From an uncultured Candidatus Saccharibacteria bacterium (GTDB taxonomy: Bacteria > Patescibacteriota > Minisyncoccia > Phycocordibacterales > UBA5272), in contig CAZEIK010000001.1 of assembly GCA_964512315.1 (NCBI GenBank), positions 84,408-148,407 of the forward strand: DNA of 64,000 nucleotides, written 5' to 3'. The notes below the pieces were generated by a model, which searched no databases, had not been told where the DNA came from, and saw only the letters and a program-made list of their open reading frames with translations. Position 1 is the stretch's first letter. Every line of letters starts with the position of its first letter. Positions 54,349-64,000 of this stretch are shown in pieces. The position numbers were made by a program, and so were the translations under genes.

Positions 54349-55876
54349 CAGTAACCCTAACTTTAGAATATATTTAGTTGTAGCTTTTGTGGGCTGTGTT
54401 TATGGTATTTTTATTTTAAGGCTAATTGACTTACAAGTTATCAAGCATGATCAGTTCGAGCTAGAGGCGCGCAGTCAATATCAAGTCGACATGGGTGATG
54501 TTTTTAATCGTGGGTCTATTTATTTTACTAATAAAAATGGTGATCATATATTAGCTGCAGACATAGAAGAAGACAAAGTTAAAAAAGGTGACAAAGAGGT
54601 AGTCGTTAGGAATCGTGTGTATCCGCTCGGTGATATAGGTTCAAAAGTATTAGGATTTGTAGCTTATGATGAGAATACTAGAAAAGGTCAATACGGTATA
54701 GAGAAGTATTACGATGACGTGTTAGGAAGAGACAGCTCGAAGCTTTACACTAACTTCTTCGCAGAGATGTTCACTGACATAAAAGGCAATATTATGTCTA
54801 ACAAGTCAGTCTATGAAGGTGATGTAGTCTTAACTGTTGACGTAGAGGTTCAACGCGCATTACACAAAGTCCTCGAAGAGACTCATAATAAGTGGAACAG
54901 TGATGTTATTGGTGGTATTGTTATGGACCCGAGTGATGGTAGGATTATTGCTATGGATGAGTTGCCGACTTATGACAATAATGACTTTTCTAAAGTTGAA
55001 GATTTCAAAGTTTATAAGAATGATCTTATCTCTGGAGTTTATGAGATGGGAAGTATTATAAAGCCAATAACTATGGCTTCAGCGCTGGATGCTGGTGTGG
55101 TGGATGAGAATACTTTTTATAATGACGTTGGTGTGCGCGAGTTGGGTGGATTCAAGGTTCGTAATTATGATGGTAAGGCGAGAGGCTGGTCTAATGTTCA
55201 GTTAATATTGGATAAGTCACTTAATATCGGTATAGTTTTCTTAGTTGAGAAGTTAGGGGGAGAGAAGTTCTCAGAATATTTTAGAAAATTTGGCATCGGT
55301 AGCGAGACTGGTATAGACCTACCCAATGAAGCAGCCGGATTAACTAAGAACTTAGACAGTGGCATATTCGTTGACTCAGCTACAGCAGGATTTGGTCAGG
55401 GTATAGCTATCACCCCAATACAAACTATACGCGCCCTTGCGGCTCTCGGTAATGGTGGTAAGTTGGTTAACCCCTATATAACAGACAGTCTCGTGTATGA
55501 TAATGGTCTCACTAAGAAAATAGTGCCAGATCAAGGTGAACAAATATTAAAAGATGATACGAGCGAGAGAATATCTAGAATGCTAGTTCATGTTGTAGAC
55601 AACGCGCTTCAGAATGGTAAATGGAAGAAGGAGCATTATACAGTTGCAGCCAAGACAGGTACAGCCCAGATACCACGACCGGGAGGTGGGTATTATGACG
55701 ATAGATACTTACACTCATTCTTTGGATATTTCCCAGCTTATAACCCTAAGTACATAGTCTTCTTGTATCACACTTATCCAAAAGGTGCCGAGTACGCATC
55801 GCAAACTTTAACCGAGCCTTTTTATAAGATAACTGACTTCCTAATCTCTTACTTCGGCGTCCAGCCAGATAGGTAG
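54335..55876 (+). CDS. ftsI: Penicillin-binding protein 3-like (FtsI) transpeptidase
   Basis: TM anchor; SxxK 'SIIKP', 'KTGTAQ'. The ORF track starts at 54296, overlapping ftsL. Confidence 0.8.
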   Translation: MRLGNSNPNFRIYLVVAFVGCVYGIFILRLIDLQVIKHDQFELEARSQYQVDMGDVFNRGSIYFTNKNGDHILAADIEEDKVKKGDKEVVVRNRVYPLGDIGSKVLGFVAYDENTRKGQYGIEKYYDDVLGRDSSKLYTNFFAEMFTDIKGNIMSNKSVYEGDVVLTVDVEVQRALHKVLEETHNKWNSDVIGGIVMDPSDGRIIAMDELPTYDNNDFSKVEDFKVYKNDLISGVYEMGSIIKPITMASALDAGVVDENTFYNDVGVRELGGFKVRNYDGKARGWSNVQLILDKSLNIGIVFLVEKLGGEKFSEYFRKFGIGSETGIDLPNEAAGLTKNLDSGIFVDSATAGFGQGIAITPIQTIRALAALGNGGKLVNPYITDSLVYDNGLTKKIVPDQGEQILKDDTSERISRMLVHVVDNALQNGKWKKEHYTVAAKTGTAQIPRPGGGYYDDRYLHSFFGYFPAYNPKYIVFLYHTYPKGAEYASQTLTEPFYKITDFLISYFGVQPDR

Positions 55877-55889
55877 AGATATACGACGC

Positions 55890-56294
55890 CTAGTCCATTT
55901 CGCTTTCTAATCTGTCTTCGTTGATGTCTTCTTGTGAGCGAGGCTTCTGTATGTCTTTGTGCATCTCAGCGAAAAGTATAGAGCTTATTTTCTGTCTATT
56001 GTGCTCGCCATTATCAATTTCTACTTCTATGAATGGTATTACACGAATAGGGAGGTTCTTCTTGATGTCGGTACGGAGGTCGCCACGCATACGCTTTGCA
56101 AAGTCTAGTGCAGCATGCTCCTTGGACTCAGGTATTGCAGTTATGTATATAGTCGCATTTTTAAGATCAGCTGACACTTGTGCGTCAGTAACAGTTATAA
56201 GCGATGAGCCAGACGACTCACGCTGAAAGAAATTCTGAGCTATTTTCTTTATCTCTTGATTAATTTTTAATTGTCTCTCTGTTAGTTCACGCAT
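55890..56294 (-). CDS. rbfA: Ribosome-binding factor A
   Basis: KH-like 'ITVTDAQVSADLKNATIYI'. Confidence 0.8.
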   Translation of the reverse strand: MRELTERQLKINQEIKKIAQNFFQRESSGSSLITVTDAQVSADLKNATIYITAIPESKEHAALDFAKRMRGDLRTDIKKNLPIRVIPFIEVEIDNGEHNRQKISSILFAEMHKDIQKPRSQEDINEDRLESEMD

Positions 56295-56296
56295 AA

Positions 56297-57793
56297 TTAT
56301 TGTATTTTCTTTTTCTCTACGTTGAAGGCGACTATTTTATCTCCAGGAATGATTTCATTTTTTGTCTCTATTTCTATACCACACTCATTGCCTTCTAATA
56401 CTTCTTTAGCTTTCATCTTCATCATCTGTAGATTGGTCACACGCCCACGCCCAACCTCAAAGTCGCGTCTTACTATTTTGACTATCGCCCCCTCACGCAT
56501 AGCACCTTCTTCTACGCGACCACCAACAACGTGCTTGTCTTTATCTGTATTAAAAGTCTTGAGAACCTTAAGTGTTCCTATCATTGTCTCCACTTCTTCA
56601 AAAGGCATTCTGCTCTCAACTTCTGCTTCGAACCATTCGCTTAATTTGTATATGATATCGAATATTTGTGGCTTGAATCCGAATCTGTCAGCTTGATCAC
56701 GAGCTTTTGCTTCCATTTGAACATCGAATCCTAGAATAATAGTCTTCTCATCACCGCTTGCTAGCATTATGTCTCCCTCGGTTATATTACCAACACTTTC
56801 AACAAGCATTTTGATTTTGACATCATTAGTCTCGAACTTTTTAAGTTCATATTTGATTGCCTCTATTGAGCCTAATGTCTTAACCTTTAATATTACAGGT
56901 ATAACCACTCTCGCATTACGATAAATCTTAGGATCTAGTACAACTTTTTGAGTCTTATCTTTTTCTTCTTGTTGCATCTTCTCTAATTGTTTCTTGTCAG
57001 AAGATGAGATGAATATGCTACCAGCTTTTGGTATCTCGTCGAAACCAGTAACTTTAACAGCTTGTCCTGCATGTGGATTCTTAACTGGCTTACCTTTGAA
57101 GTCCTCGACTATACGAATAGGTGAATATGCAGTGCCAGCAAGTATCGCTCCTGAGCTTGGCAATGTTCCATCTTGTATTATGAGTGTTGCTGATATACCA
57201 CGCTTCTGATCTACAAAGCTTTCTAATACGCGACCAGTAGCCTCTTCTTTTGCATTGAATGGCTTCGGATTCATGTCGTGTATAAGTAGAATATTCTCAA
57301 GCAAGTCATCTACTTCGGTGCCTTGTTTAGCGCTTATTGCTACAAAAGGTATATCTCCACCCATGCCTTCTAGATATATTCCATTCTCAACTAGATTCAT
57401 TTTTGTTCTCTCTATATCAGCACCTGGCTTATCTATTTTGTTAATAGCTACTATATAGGGTATAGATGTGTCAGTTATGGCTTTTAAGGCCTCAAGAGTC
57501 TGTGTTTTGACGCCATCTTCTGCTGAGACTACCAAGATGGCTATGTCGGCTATCTCGACACCACGCTCACGCATATGCTGGAAAGCCTCATGCCCAGGAG
57601 TGTCTATAAAAGTCATGTTACGACCGTTGATTGTAACCTCATAAGCAGAAATAGACTGAGTAATACCTCCAGCCTCGCCATCTACCACATTAGTTTTATG
57701 TATATAGTCAAGAAGGGTTGATTTGCCGTGGTCTACATGACCCAGTATTGCAACAACCGGTTGACGGTCTACATTATTTTGTGATTTTGACAT
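56297..57793 (-). CDS. infB: Translation initiation factor IF-2 (short form without N-terminal domains)
   Basis: G-domain 'VVAILGHVDHGKSTLLD', 'DTPGHEAF', 'NKIDK'. Confidence 0.9.
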   Translation of the reverse strand: MSKSQNNVDRQPVVAILGHVDHGKSTLLDYIHKTNVVDGEAGGITQSISAYEVTINGRNMTFIDTPGHEAFQHMRERGVEIADIAILVVSAEDGVKTQTLEALKAITDTSIPYIVAINKIDKPGADIERTKMNLVENGIYLEGMGGDIPFVAISAKQGTEVDDLLENILLIHDMNPKPFNAKEEATGRVLESFVDQKRGISATLIIQDGTLPSSGAILAGTAYSPIRIVEDFKGKPVKNPHAGQAVKVTGFDEIPKAGSIFISSSDKKQLEKMQQEEKDKTQKVVLDPKIYRNARVVIPVILKVKTLGSIEAIKYELKKFETNDVKIKMLVESVGNITEGDIMLASGDEKTIILGFDVQMEAKARDQADRFGFKPQIFDIIYKLSEWFEAEVESRMPFEEVETMIGTLKVLKTFNTDKDKHVVGGRVEEGAMREGAIVKIVRRDFEVGRGRVTNLQMMKMKAKEVLEGNECGIEIETKNEIIPGDKIVAFNVEKKKIQ

Positions 57794-57838
57794 AAAGTGG
57801 AAATAATTATATCACAAATATGCTAGAATGTCATTTAT

Positions 57839-58993
57839 ATGTTTACTCGAAATCATTATTTTGATCACGCCGGAGCGACACCTATTTCTAAGACAGCAGC
57901 CAAGGCTATGCACAAGGTATCCAATATGTATCACAATCCTAGTGGTATATATTCTGGTGGTGTAGAGGTTAAGAGTAAAATCGAAGACACAAGAAAAGTT
58001 ATATTGAATGCTTTTGACGCTAACAACATGAACTTGGTATTTACTCCATCTGGGACTGCGTCAGTTAACCTCGCTGTACTCGGAGTATTAAAAAAGGGTG
58101 ATCACTTTATAACTTCGGCTATTGAGCATCCAGCAGTATTAGAGATGGTGCCTCATTTGCGTAGCATGGGAATAGAGACAACGGTGTTGCCTGTGGATGA
58201 AGCTGGCGTTGTTAGCCTAGAAGTATTGCGTAATGAATTGTCGCCTAATACAAAGCTGGTCTCAGTTATGATGGTTAATAATGAAATAGGCACGTTGCAG
58301 CCAATAAAAGAAATAGGACGAATTGTTGACGAGTATAAGCGTAAAAATGAAACCCAGTTCCCATATTTTCACTCGGACGCGTGTCAGGCGGTGAATTATT
58401 TTGATATTAGTATGCGTAGCCTAAGATTAGACATGCTCAGCTTTAATGGCAGCAAGATATATGGCCCCAAAGGAATAGGCGCCTTAATAATAAAGAAACA
58501 AGTAAATATTTCGCCAATTATTTTTGGTGGTGGGCAAGAGGCGGGACTGTGGAGTGGTACAGAGGATGTGTCTCGTATCGTTGGATTGGGTACCGCAGTG
58601 GTGGAGACTTTGAGAATAAAAGAAAAAGAAAGCGAGAGACTTTCTCGTATTCAAAGTTATGCATTTTCAAAGATACAGGGCGAGATAGTCGAGTCTATAA
58701 TCAACGGCAGTGAAGAGTCGCGCAGCCCTAACAACATTAACATCAGCCTTCCAGGCATGGACAGCGATGAGATGGTGCTAAGGCTCGACAACTTGGGATT
58801 CGCGGTCAGTCACAAGTCAGCTTGTGCTGCGGGGGACACAACATTAGGCTCGCACGTATTGGGCGCAATAGGGCAGAGCAAGTATGCAAGTGAGAACATA
58901 CGCATCACCATGGGTCGTGGCACTAAGAAGGGTGATGTAGACAGACTGATCAAAGCCATCAAAAAGATTTATTATAAATATCGCCTTAGCTAA
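57839..58993 (+). CDS. Cysteine desulfurase (NifS/IscS family, class V aminotransferase)
   Basis: PLP-Lys 'SFNGSKIYGPKGIGAL'; active-site Cys 'SHKSACAAG'. Confidence 0.8.
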   Translation: MFTRNHYFDHAGATPISKTAAKAMHKVSNMYHNPSGIYSGGVEVKSKIEDTRKVILNAFDANNMNLVFTPSGTASVNLAVLGVLKKGDHFITSAIEHPAVLEMVPHLRSMGIETTVLPVDEAGVVSLEVLRNELSPNTKLVSVMMVNNEIGTLQPIKEIGRIVDEYKRKNETQFPYFHSDACQAVNYFDISMRSLRLDMLSFNGSKIYGPKGIGALIIKKQVNISPIIFGGGQEAGLWSGTEDVSRIVGLGTAVVETLRIKEKESERLSRIQSYAFSKIQGEIVESIINGSEESRSPNNINISLPGMDSDEMVLRLDNLGFAVSHKSACAAGDTTLGSHVLGAIGQSKYASENIRITMGRGTKKGDVDRLIKAIKKIYYKYRLS

Positions 58994-59202
58994 CTATACT
59001 TTTTATATAACTTGTGTTATTGTTTTGTGGATGTTTTACGGTGTCATGTGTAAAACAGTGGCAATGACGTCTCTTTCTCCCAACGAAAAGGAAAGCCTAT
59101 GCCCTGAATGGGGGTAATGGTTGGCTGCGTCGTCAAACAACTAGACAATCAATCCCCAAACCCCGCTCTACGAGCGGGGTTCCCTAATTTAGAATTACCC
59201 CC

Positions 59203-59231
59203 TTGACAAATTTTATTCTAGGGTGTAGGAT
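59203..59231 (+). promoter_or_regulatory. Canonical sigma70 promoter TTGACA-N17-TAGGAT driving sRNA candidate 1
   Basis: TTGACA 59203-59208; 17-nt spacer; TAGGAT 59226-59231. Confidence 0.4.
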
Positions 59232-59237
59232 AGTCCT

Positions 59238-59332
59238 CAGACTCGCAATTCCGCGAGTTGCACACAAGGAGCCTCAGCAGTAAGCGCCTCCAAGGCACCT
59301 ACCGCAAAAGCCAGCATCGCGCTGGCTTTTTT
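59238..59332 (+). ncRNA. Candidate small RNA 1 (about 95 nt): 5' hairpin plus intrinsic terminator; family unknown
   Basis: 5' hairpin ACTCGCaattccGCGAGT. Terminator GCCAGCatcgcGCTGGCtttttt at 59310-59332. No ORF. Confidence 0.3.
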
Positions 59333-59334
59333 AT

Positions 59335-59363
59335 TTGACAAAAAGTTTTAAAAGAATTAGTAT
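59335..59363 (+). promoter_or_regulatory. Second canonical promoter TTGACA-N17-TAGTAT immediately after the first terminator
   Basis: TTGACA 59335-59340; 17-nt spacer; TAGTAT 59358-59363. Confidence 0.4.
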
Positions 59364-59369
59364 TCAAAT

Positions 59370-59460
59370 TACGGTTAGTCGACCCCCCCTCGGCAAGCCA
59401 CTGCTGTCGATATGGCGGCTCAGGACCCGAACACTCTCCTCCGAGATCGGGTCCTTTTTT
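59370..59460 (+). ncRNA. Candidate small RNA 2 (about 90 nt) ending in a strong terminator; family unknown
   Basis: GC-rich hairpins (GTCGAC...GTCGAT). Terminator GGACCCGAacactctcctccgagaTCGGGTCCttttttt. Confidence 0.3.
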
Positions 59461-59496
59461 TATTTATAAAAATATATCGTGTTATAATTTTTCTAA

Positions 59497-60246
59497 ATGT
59501 ATAAATTTTTGAGATCAGTAAAAAGGGCAGTGTATCAGGTTAAGAGTTATTTCTTATTCGTATTTGTAGTCTTAGATTATTTGAAGTTTAAAAATAAAGA
59601 TAAGAGTAGGAGATTCAGTATTCCGCTCGGCTCGGTAATGCCATGCCTTTTCGAGAATACTCCTTATACTAGATTCGATACTCATTACATATATCACACG
59701 TCATGGGCTGCAAGAAAAGTAGCTGAGATACGCCCTCAGGTGCACACTGACATATCGTCCTCGCTTTATTTTTCTACTATTGTGTCTGCTTTTCAAAAAG
59801 TTAACTTTTACGACTTTAGACCAGCGAAGCTGAATCTGTCTAACTTGAACTCACAGGCGGCTAACTTGCTCAATCTAGACTTCGCTGATGAGTCACTCGA
59901 GTCTGTCTCTTGTATGCATACTGTTGAGCATGTTGGTCTCGGTCGTTATGGAGACAAAATTGACCCAGATGGAGACATACAGGCTGCAAGTGAACTGTCT
60001 CGTGTTGTTAAAAAGGGTGGTAGCTTACTATTCGTGGTCCCAGTTGGCAAGCCTCGTATACAGTGGAATGCCCACAGAATATATTCTTATGAAATGGTTA
60101 TGAATATGTTTCAAGGTTTGAAGTTAAAAGAGTTCTCACTTATACCAGACGACGCATTAGAAAGAGGAATAATTATTAACGCTGATCCAAAAGATGTGTC
60201 TAAGCAAGCTTATGCTTGTGGATGCTTCTGGTTTGTAAAAGAGTAG
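59497..60246 (+). CDS. Methyltransferase-fold protein (DUF268-like) with a degenerate glycine-rich SAM motif
   Basis: 'LDFADESLESVSCMHTVEHVG...SRVVKKGGSLLFVVP' resembles class I methyltransferase motifs II-III. Motif I is 'VHTDISSS' rather than GxGxG. Confidence 0.5.
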   Translation: MYKFLRSVKRAVYQVKSYFLFVFVVLDYLKFKNKDKSRRFSIPLGSVMPCLFENTPYTRFDTHYIYHTSWAARKVAEIRPQVHTDISSSLYFSTIVSAFQKVNFYDFRPAKLNLSNLNSQAANLLNLDFADESLESVSCMHTVEHVGLGRYGDKIDPDGDIQAASELSRVVKKGGSLLFVVPVGKPRIQWNAHRIYSYEMVMNMFQGLKLKEFSLIPDDALERGIIINADPKDVSKQAYACGCFWFVKE

Positions 60247-60361
60247 CTTATACAAATACACTCTCTCAAAAATTTCTTTACCCCTCCTTTCAGGTGGGTC
60301 CTAAAAAATTTGATAAAGTAAGTTTTCTTTTTTGGTGTGGCTAATATGTTATAATTACAAT

Positions 60362-60952
60362 ATGTACACAGCAAAAGATTACACACATTTATTAGGTTTA
60401 CCTGGATTCAGTGACACTATGCTTAACAATCACTTCACTCTCTATCAGGGGTATGTGAACAATGTAAATACTCTTTTAAAAAAGATGAATGAAATAAGAG
60501 AAGAAAGAAAATCTGGCGTAGAAGACAGAAAAGAAGAGAGCGCAGAGTTGCATAGACGTTTCGGTTGGGAATATAACGGTATGAGATTGCATGAGCTTTA
60601 CTTTGAGAATATGGCCAAAGATTCGAAACCTCTGGATGAAGACAGCACTCTTGGAGTTGCTATTAAGAATAGATTTGGAGATGTAGATACATTTAAAAAT
60701 AATTTTACTAAAAATGTTGGAATGTTTCGTGGTATAGGATGGGTGGCGCTTGTGCAGAGAGATGATACTTTGGGTGTTATATGGATAGGTGAACATGATG
60801 AAGGGCTGCTAGCTAATTCAAAAATACTATTAATTATGGATGTGTTCGAGCATGCATTCTTAACTGATTATGGCATCAAGAGGGCTGACTATATAAACGC
60901 ATTCATGAATGTAATAGATTGGGCTGTGGTAGAAGCGAGATTGACAAAATAA
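60362..60952 (+). CDS. sodA: Fe/Mn superoxide dismutase
   Basis: Metal-ligand contexts 'NNHFTLYQGYVNNVN', 'LHELYF', 'DVFEHAF'. The ATG at 60362 is 6 nt after TGTTATAAT (60347-60355). The ORF-track start at 60332 lies inside the promoter. Confidence 0.8.
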   Translation: MYTAKDYTHLLGLPGFSDTMLNNHFTLYQGYVNNVNTLLKKMNEIREERKSGVEDRKEESAELHRRFGWEYNGMRLHELYFENMAKDSKPLDEDSTLGVAIKNRFGDVDTFKNNFTKNVGMFRGIGWVALVQRDDTLGVIWIGEHDEGLLANSKILLIMDVFEHAFLTDYGIKRADYINAFMNVIDWAVVEARLTK

Positions 60953-60980
60953 CAACTAATGTTTATAACAATATATATAA

Positions 60981-63641
60981 ATGCAACCATTTAATAACTT
61001 CACAACAAAAGCAAAAGACGCGATCAGACGTGCGCACGAGATCGCTATTGAACGTGGCCAGAATCAAGTAACACCGCTTCACATGATGGCGGGACTTTTG
61101 GCTGATGAGAGTAGCTTCGTATATGCGATACTCGAGAGACTCGAGATAGACACTATACTTTTTAGTGACACAATATTGGATGCTATTGAGGTGCCAGGTG
61201 GGGCTAGTACTATGGCGCCTAGTTATCAGATGTATATTGTTGGAGAACTGGCTCAAGCTTTCGAGCGTTGCGCAGGTCTCGCTCAGATGATGCATGATGA
61301 GTTCGTGGGACCAGAGCATATATTCTTGTCACTCTTGGAGACACCAGGGACAATAAAAGAGGTAATAGCAAGATTCAGAATAGATAGAGATCAAGTGATA
61401 TTGATTATCAATGAGGCTCGTGCTCAGAATATAACTAGTGGCAATGAAGTCAAGAAGAATAAAGGCTTGGCGAAATACACACGCAACTTTACAGAGCTTG
61501 CTAGAAAAGACAAATTAGACCCAGTCATTGGTCGTGATGTTGAGATTATGCGCTTAATGCAAATACTTTCAAGACGCACCAAGAATAATCCAATCTTGAT
61601 CGGTGAAGCAGGAGTTGGTAAGACTGCTGTAGTCGAGGGACTAGCTCAGCGTATTGCTAAAGGTGACGTACCTGACTCGCTCAAGGATAAGGAGCTGATG
61701 GGGCTAGATCTTGGTATGTTAATTGCTGGGACAAAGTATCGCGGTGAATTCGAGGAGAGACTCAAGAATATAATGCGTGAGATAGAGCAGAGTAGTGGCA
61801 AGATATTCCTATTTATCGATGAGATACACACAATAGTAGGAGCTGGTGCGTCAGAAGGTGCTGCGGATGCGGCTAATCTTCTTAAGCCAGCGCTGTCTCG
61901 TGGTGAGATACGTGTTATAGGTGCAACAACTTTAAAAGAATATCAGAAACATATTGAAAAGGATCCAGCATTAGCGAGACGTTTCCAACCGGTAATGGTA
62001 GAGGAGCCTTCTTTGGAGGATACTGTTGCAATATTAAGAGGCTTAAAAGAAAAATATGAGTTGTACCACGGAGTGCGCATCACAGATGACGCTATACTTG
62101 CTAGTGTTAACCTCTCCACTAGATACATTACTTCTAGGTATTTGCCAGACAAGGCAGTGGACTTAATAGACGAGGCTGCGTCATCGCTGCGCATATCTCT
62201 TGAGAATAAGCCAGAAGAGTTAGAAGAGGCACACAGGAAAATACAAAGACTAGAAATTGAAAGGGAGGCGCTCGATAAAGAGATCATTGCTCACGCTGAC
62301 GCTAGCTCAGGTGTGAAGAGTCGTATCAGAGAGATTGAGAATGAGATAGCTGACATACGTGACAAAGTCAAAGACCTAGAGACCAGATTCAACACAGAGA
62401 AAGACTTGCTTAATAGAATTGGCTCAAATAAAAAAGAGTTGGAGACTCTTCGTGCTGAGGCAGACAATGCTCAGATGCGTGGCGAGCTGTCTACTGTGGC
62501 GGAGATTAGATATGGACAGATTCCAAAATTAGAAAAAGAAAATTCTGAATACGCCGATAAGCTAAAGAAAATACAAAAGACAAGGCGTGTCTTGAAGGAA
62601 GAGATAACCGAAGAAGACATTGCGGCTGTTGTGTCTCGCTGGACAGGTATACCACTTAACAGAATGTTAGAAGAAGAAGGTGAGAAGCTTCTTAAAATGG
62701 AAAGCTATCTTAAAGAGAGAGTAATAGGTCAAGATGAAGCAATAAGCAAAGTCTCAGATGCAGTGCGTCGCAGTCGTACTGGTGTCGCTGATCCTAATCG
62801 CCCTATTGGTTCATTCTTATTCTTGGGTCCAACTGGAGTTGGTAAGACCGAGCTGACCAAGGCCTTAGCTGAGTTCATGTTCAATGATGACAAAGCGCTC
62901 ATCAAAATAGACATGAGTGAATATATGGAGAAGCACAGCATAAGCAAAATGATAGGCTCGCCAGCTGGTTATGTTGGTTACGAGGAGTCAGGACAATTAA
63001 CTGAGGCAGTAAGACACAGACCATATAGCGTGATACTTTTCGACGAGGTTGAGAAGGCTCATCCAGAAGTGTTCAACCTATTGCTCCAAGTCCTGGACGA
63101 AGGCAAGCTAACTGACAACAAAGGTCGTGTTGCTAACTTTAAGAATACAATCATAGTCATGACAAGTAATATTGGTTCACAATATATACAAAAGATGGAG
63201 ACGATAGGCTTCGCTTCTAATGAGTCTGGTAATGAATATGTAGAAATGAAAACAAAAGTTAATGACGCTATCAAAGACTTCTTCAAGCCAGAATTCCTCA
63301 ACCGTCTAGATGAGACACTTATATTCGATGTTCTGTCCAAAGAGAACATTGAGAAGATTGTTCGTCTTCAGATCAACGAAGTCGCAGATCGCCTAAGAGA
63401 AAAAGATATAACTTTGACAGTAGATGACGAGGCTATCGCTTATATTGGCGACAAGTCATTTGATCCAAAGTTCGGAGCAAGACCGATAAGAAGGTATATT
63501 CAGTCACACATACTTAACAAAGTCGCTAGCATGATAATCGCTCGTGTATTTGAAAAAGGCGGCAGGGTAGACGTATCTGTTAAAAAGGGTGAGCTTATCG
63601 TTGATTCTAAGAAGAAGGTAAAGGCGGTAGCTAATGTGTAG
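60981..63641 (+). CDS. clpB: ClpB-type AAA+ disaggregase chaperone
   Basis: Clp_N repeats; NBD1 '[15 protein letters not shown]'; long coiled-coil M-domain; NBD2 '[15 protein letters not shown]'. 886 aa. Confidence 0.9.
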   Translation: MQPFNNFTTKAKDAIRRAHEIAIERGQNQVTPLHMMAGLLADESSFVYAILERLEIDTILFSDTILDAIEVPGGASTMAPSYQMYIVGELAQAFERCAGLAQMMHDEFVGPEHIFLSLLETPGTIKEVIARFRIDRDQVILIINEARAQNITSGNEVKKNKGLAKYTRNFTELARKDKLDPVIGRDVEIMRLMQILSRRTKNNPILIGEAGVGKTAVVEGLAQRIAKGDVPDSLKDKELMGLDLGMLIAGTKYRGEFEERLKNIMREIEQSSGKIFLFIDEIHTIVGAGASEGAADAANLLKPALSRGEIRVIGATTLKEYQKHIEKDPALARRFQPVMVEEPSLEDTVAILRGLKEKYELYHGVRITDDAILASVNLSTRYITSRYLPDKAVDLIDEAASSLRISLENKPEELEEAHRKIQRLEIEREALDKEIIAHADASSGVKSRIREIENEIADIRDKVKDLETRFNTEKDLLNRIGSNKKELETLRAEADNAQMRGELSTVAEIRYGQIPKLEKENSEYADKLKKIQKTRRVLKEEITEEDIAAVVSRWTGIPLNRMLEEEGEKLLKMESYLKERVIGQDEAISKVSDAVRRSRTGVADPNRPIGSFLFLGPTGVGKTELTKALAEFMFNDDKALIKIDMSEYMEKHSISKMIGSPAGYVGYEESGQLTEAVRHRPYSVILFDEVEKAHPEVFNLLLQVLDEGKLTDNKGRVANFKNTIIVMTSNIGSQYIQKMETIGFASNESGNEYVEMKTKVNDAIKDFFKPEFLNRLDETLIFDVLSKENIEKIVRLQINEVADRLREKDITLTVDDEAIAYIGDKSFDPKFGARPIRRYIQSHILNKVASMIIARVFEKGGRVDVSVKKGELIVDSKKKVKAVANV

Positions 63642-63682
63642 TATTTTCACGCAAGTTATTTTGTGTTATAATACTTCTCATC

Positions 63683-63766
63683 GCGTCGGTGGTAGAGTGG
63701 TCAATTACAACAGACTGTAAATCTGTCGCCCATTGGGCTTCGTTGGTTCAAATCCAACCCGGCGCA
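63683..63766 (+). tRNA. tRNA-Tyr (anticodon GTA), type II with a long variable arm
   Basis: 84 nt: acceptor GCGTCGG/CCGGCGC (one G-U pair), 3-bp D-stem, anticodon stem ACAGA/TCTGT with loop CTGTAAA, variable arm GCCCattGGGC, T-arm GTTGG TTCAAAT CCAAC. The promoter TTTTGTGTTATAAT ends 10 nt upstream. Confidence 0.9.
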
Positions 63767-63778
63767 CAACCTAGTAAG

Positions 63779-63804
63779 AACCGAGTCTAAAAGCTCGGTT
63801 TTTA
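63779..63804 (+). terminator. Rho-independent terminator after tRNA-Tyr
   Basis: AACCGAGtctaaaagCTCGGTTttt. Confidence 0.7.
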
Positions 63805-63871
63805 CTCTATCTGTAAAACTTATAAAAAGCACATTGTTTAGATTGGGTACGATAGGATTTTTGTGATTAAT

Positions 63872-64000
63872 TTACTGCTCTTGTTTGCGTGCCCCAGCTA
63901 TAACCGGCACATAAAACAATATAAAAAAGAATGCAAATTCTGCGTATCTTTCCTGGGAGCTAGGCTCATAACCGTCATTTGCATATTCTATACATGTGCT
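63872..64000 (-). CDS. 3' end of a minus-strand gene running out of the window (hydrophobic C-terminus); partial
   Basis: An open frame from the window edge reads ...FAFFFILFYVPVIAGARKQEQ* with the stop at 63872-63874. The frame cannot be confirmed without upstream sequence. Confidence 0.2.
   Translation of the reverse strand, partial: STCIEYANDGYEPSSQERYAEFAFFFILFYVPVIAGARKQEQ

Noticed and set aside
58994-59496. tmRNA, SRP RNA, 6S or RNase P RNA in the GC-rich non-coding region
   Set aside because: No GGGG-start or T-arm plus ACCA-like tmRNA end; no GGAA-tetraloop/AGCAGC SRP domain IV; no P4 'AGGAAAGUCCGGGC...ACAGAA' pairing could be found by eye. Left as unclassified sRNA candidates.
1-64000. 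CRISPR arrays, rRNA genes, IS elements or transposases
   Set aside because: No regularly spaced short repeats, no rRNA-like conserved stretches, and no ORF with transposase or integrase motifs (DDE, tyrosine recombinase R-H-R-Y) were seen.

Overview
This window is a chromosomal segment of a low-GC bacterium with a reduced genome. Gene content looks like Candidate Phyla Radiation / Patescibacteria (possibly Saccharibacteria); that placement is inference from gene content only.

The backbone is housekeeping:
- Nucleotide excision repair genes uvrB, uvrA and a short uvrC within 10 kb.
- Class Ia ribonucleotide reductase nrdA and nrdB, separated by inserted genes.
- Two tandem RNase J paralogs, the second with degenerate catalytic motifs.
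- secG and an NrnA-like DHH phosphoesterase.
- rlmB, hpf, cyclophilin, fmt, def, and a PriA with ablated Walker A/B motifs.
- Two mreB copies flanking frr, rseP and proS, followed by mreC and PBP2.
- greA, lysS, a minimal dcw cluster (mraZ-rsmH-ftsL-ftsI), rbfA, infB, a cysteine desulfurase, sodA and clpB.
- Three tRNAs: Asp-GTC, Asn-GTT and Tyr-GTA.

The accessory content is what stands out:
- A fused wHTH-GHKL ATPase-STAS-like protein with an iterated promoter/operator, sitting inside the split nrdA...nrdB operon.
- An HExxH gene at the nrdB 3' end, flanked by perfect 24-bp direct repeats.
- A 22-bp repeat of the tRNA-Asp 3' end 157 bp downstream, which looks like an att-site scar.
- Several GC-rich islands (about 50-60% GC against a roughly 35-40% background) encoding small orphan proteins, some with strong Shine-Dalgarno sites.
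- A GC-rich non-coding stretch with two tandem sRNA-like units, each with a canonical promoter and terminator.
- A frameshifted CAP-domain gene.
- A recurring extended -10 promoter (TTTTGTGTTATAAT-like) placed 6-14 nt upstream of start codons, which implies leaderless or near-leaderless mRNAs.
- A textbook MraZ operator: three TGGG repeats at 10-bp spacing.

No CRISPR array, rRNA or recognisable transposase was seen. All calls rest on reading motifs by eye; no database search was possible.
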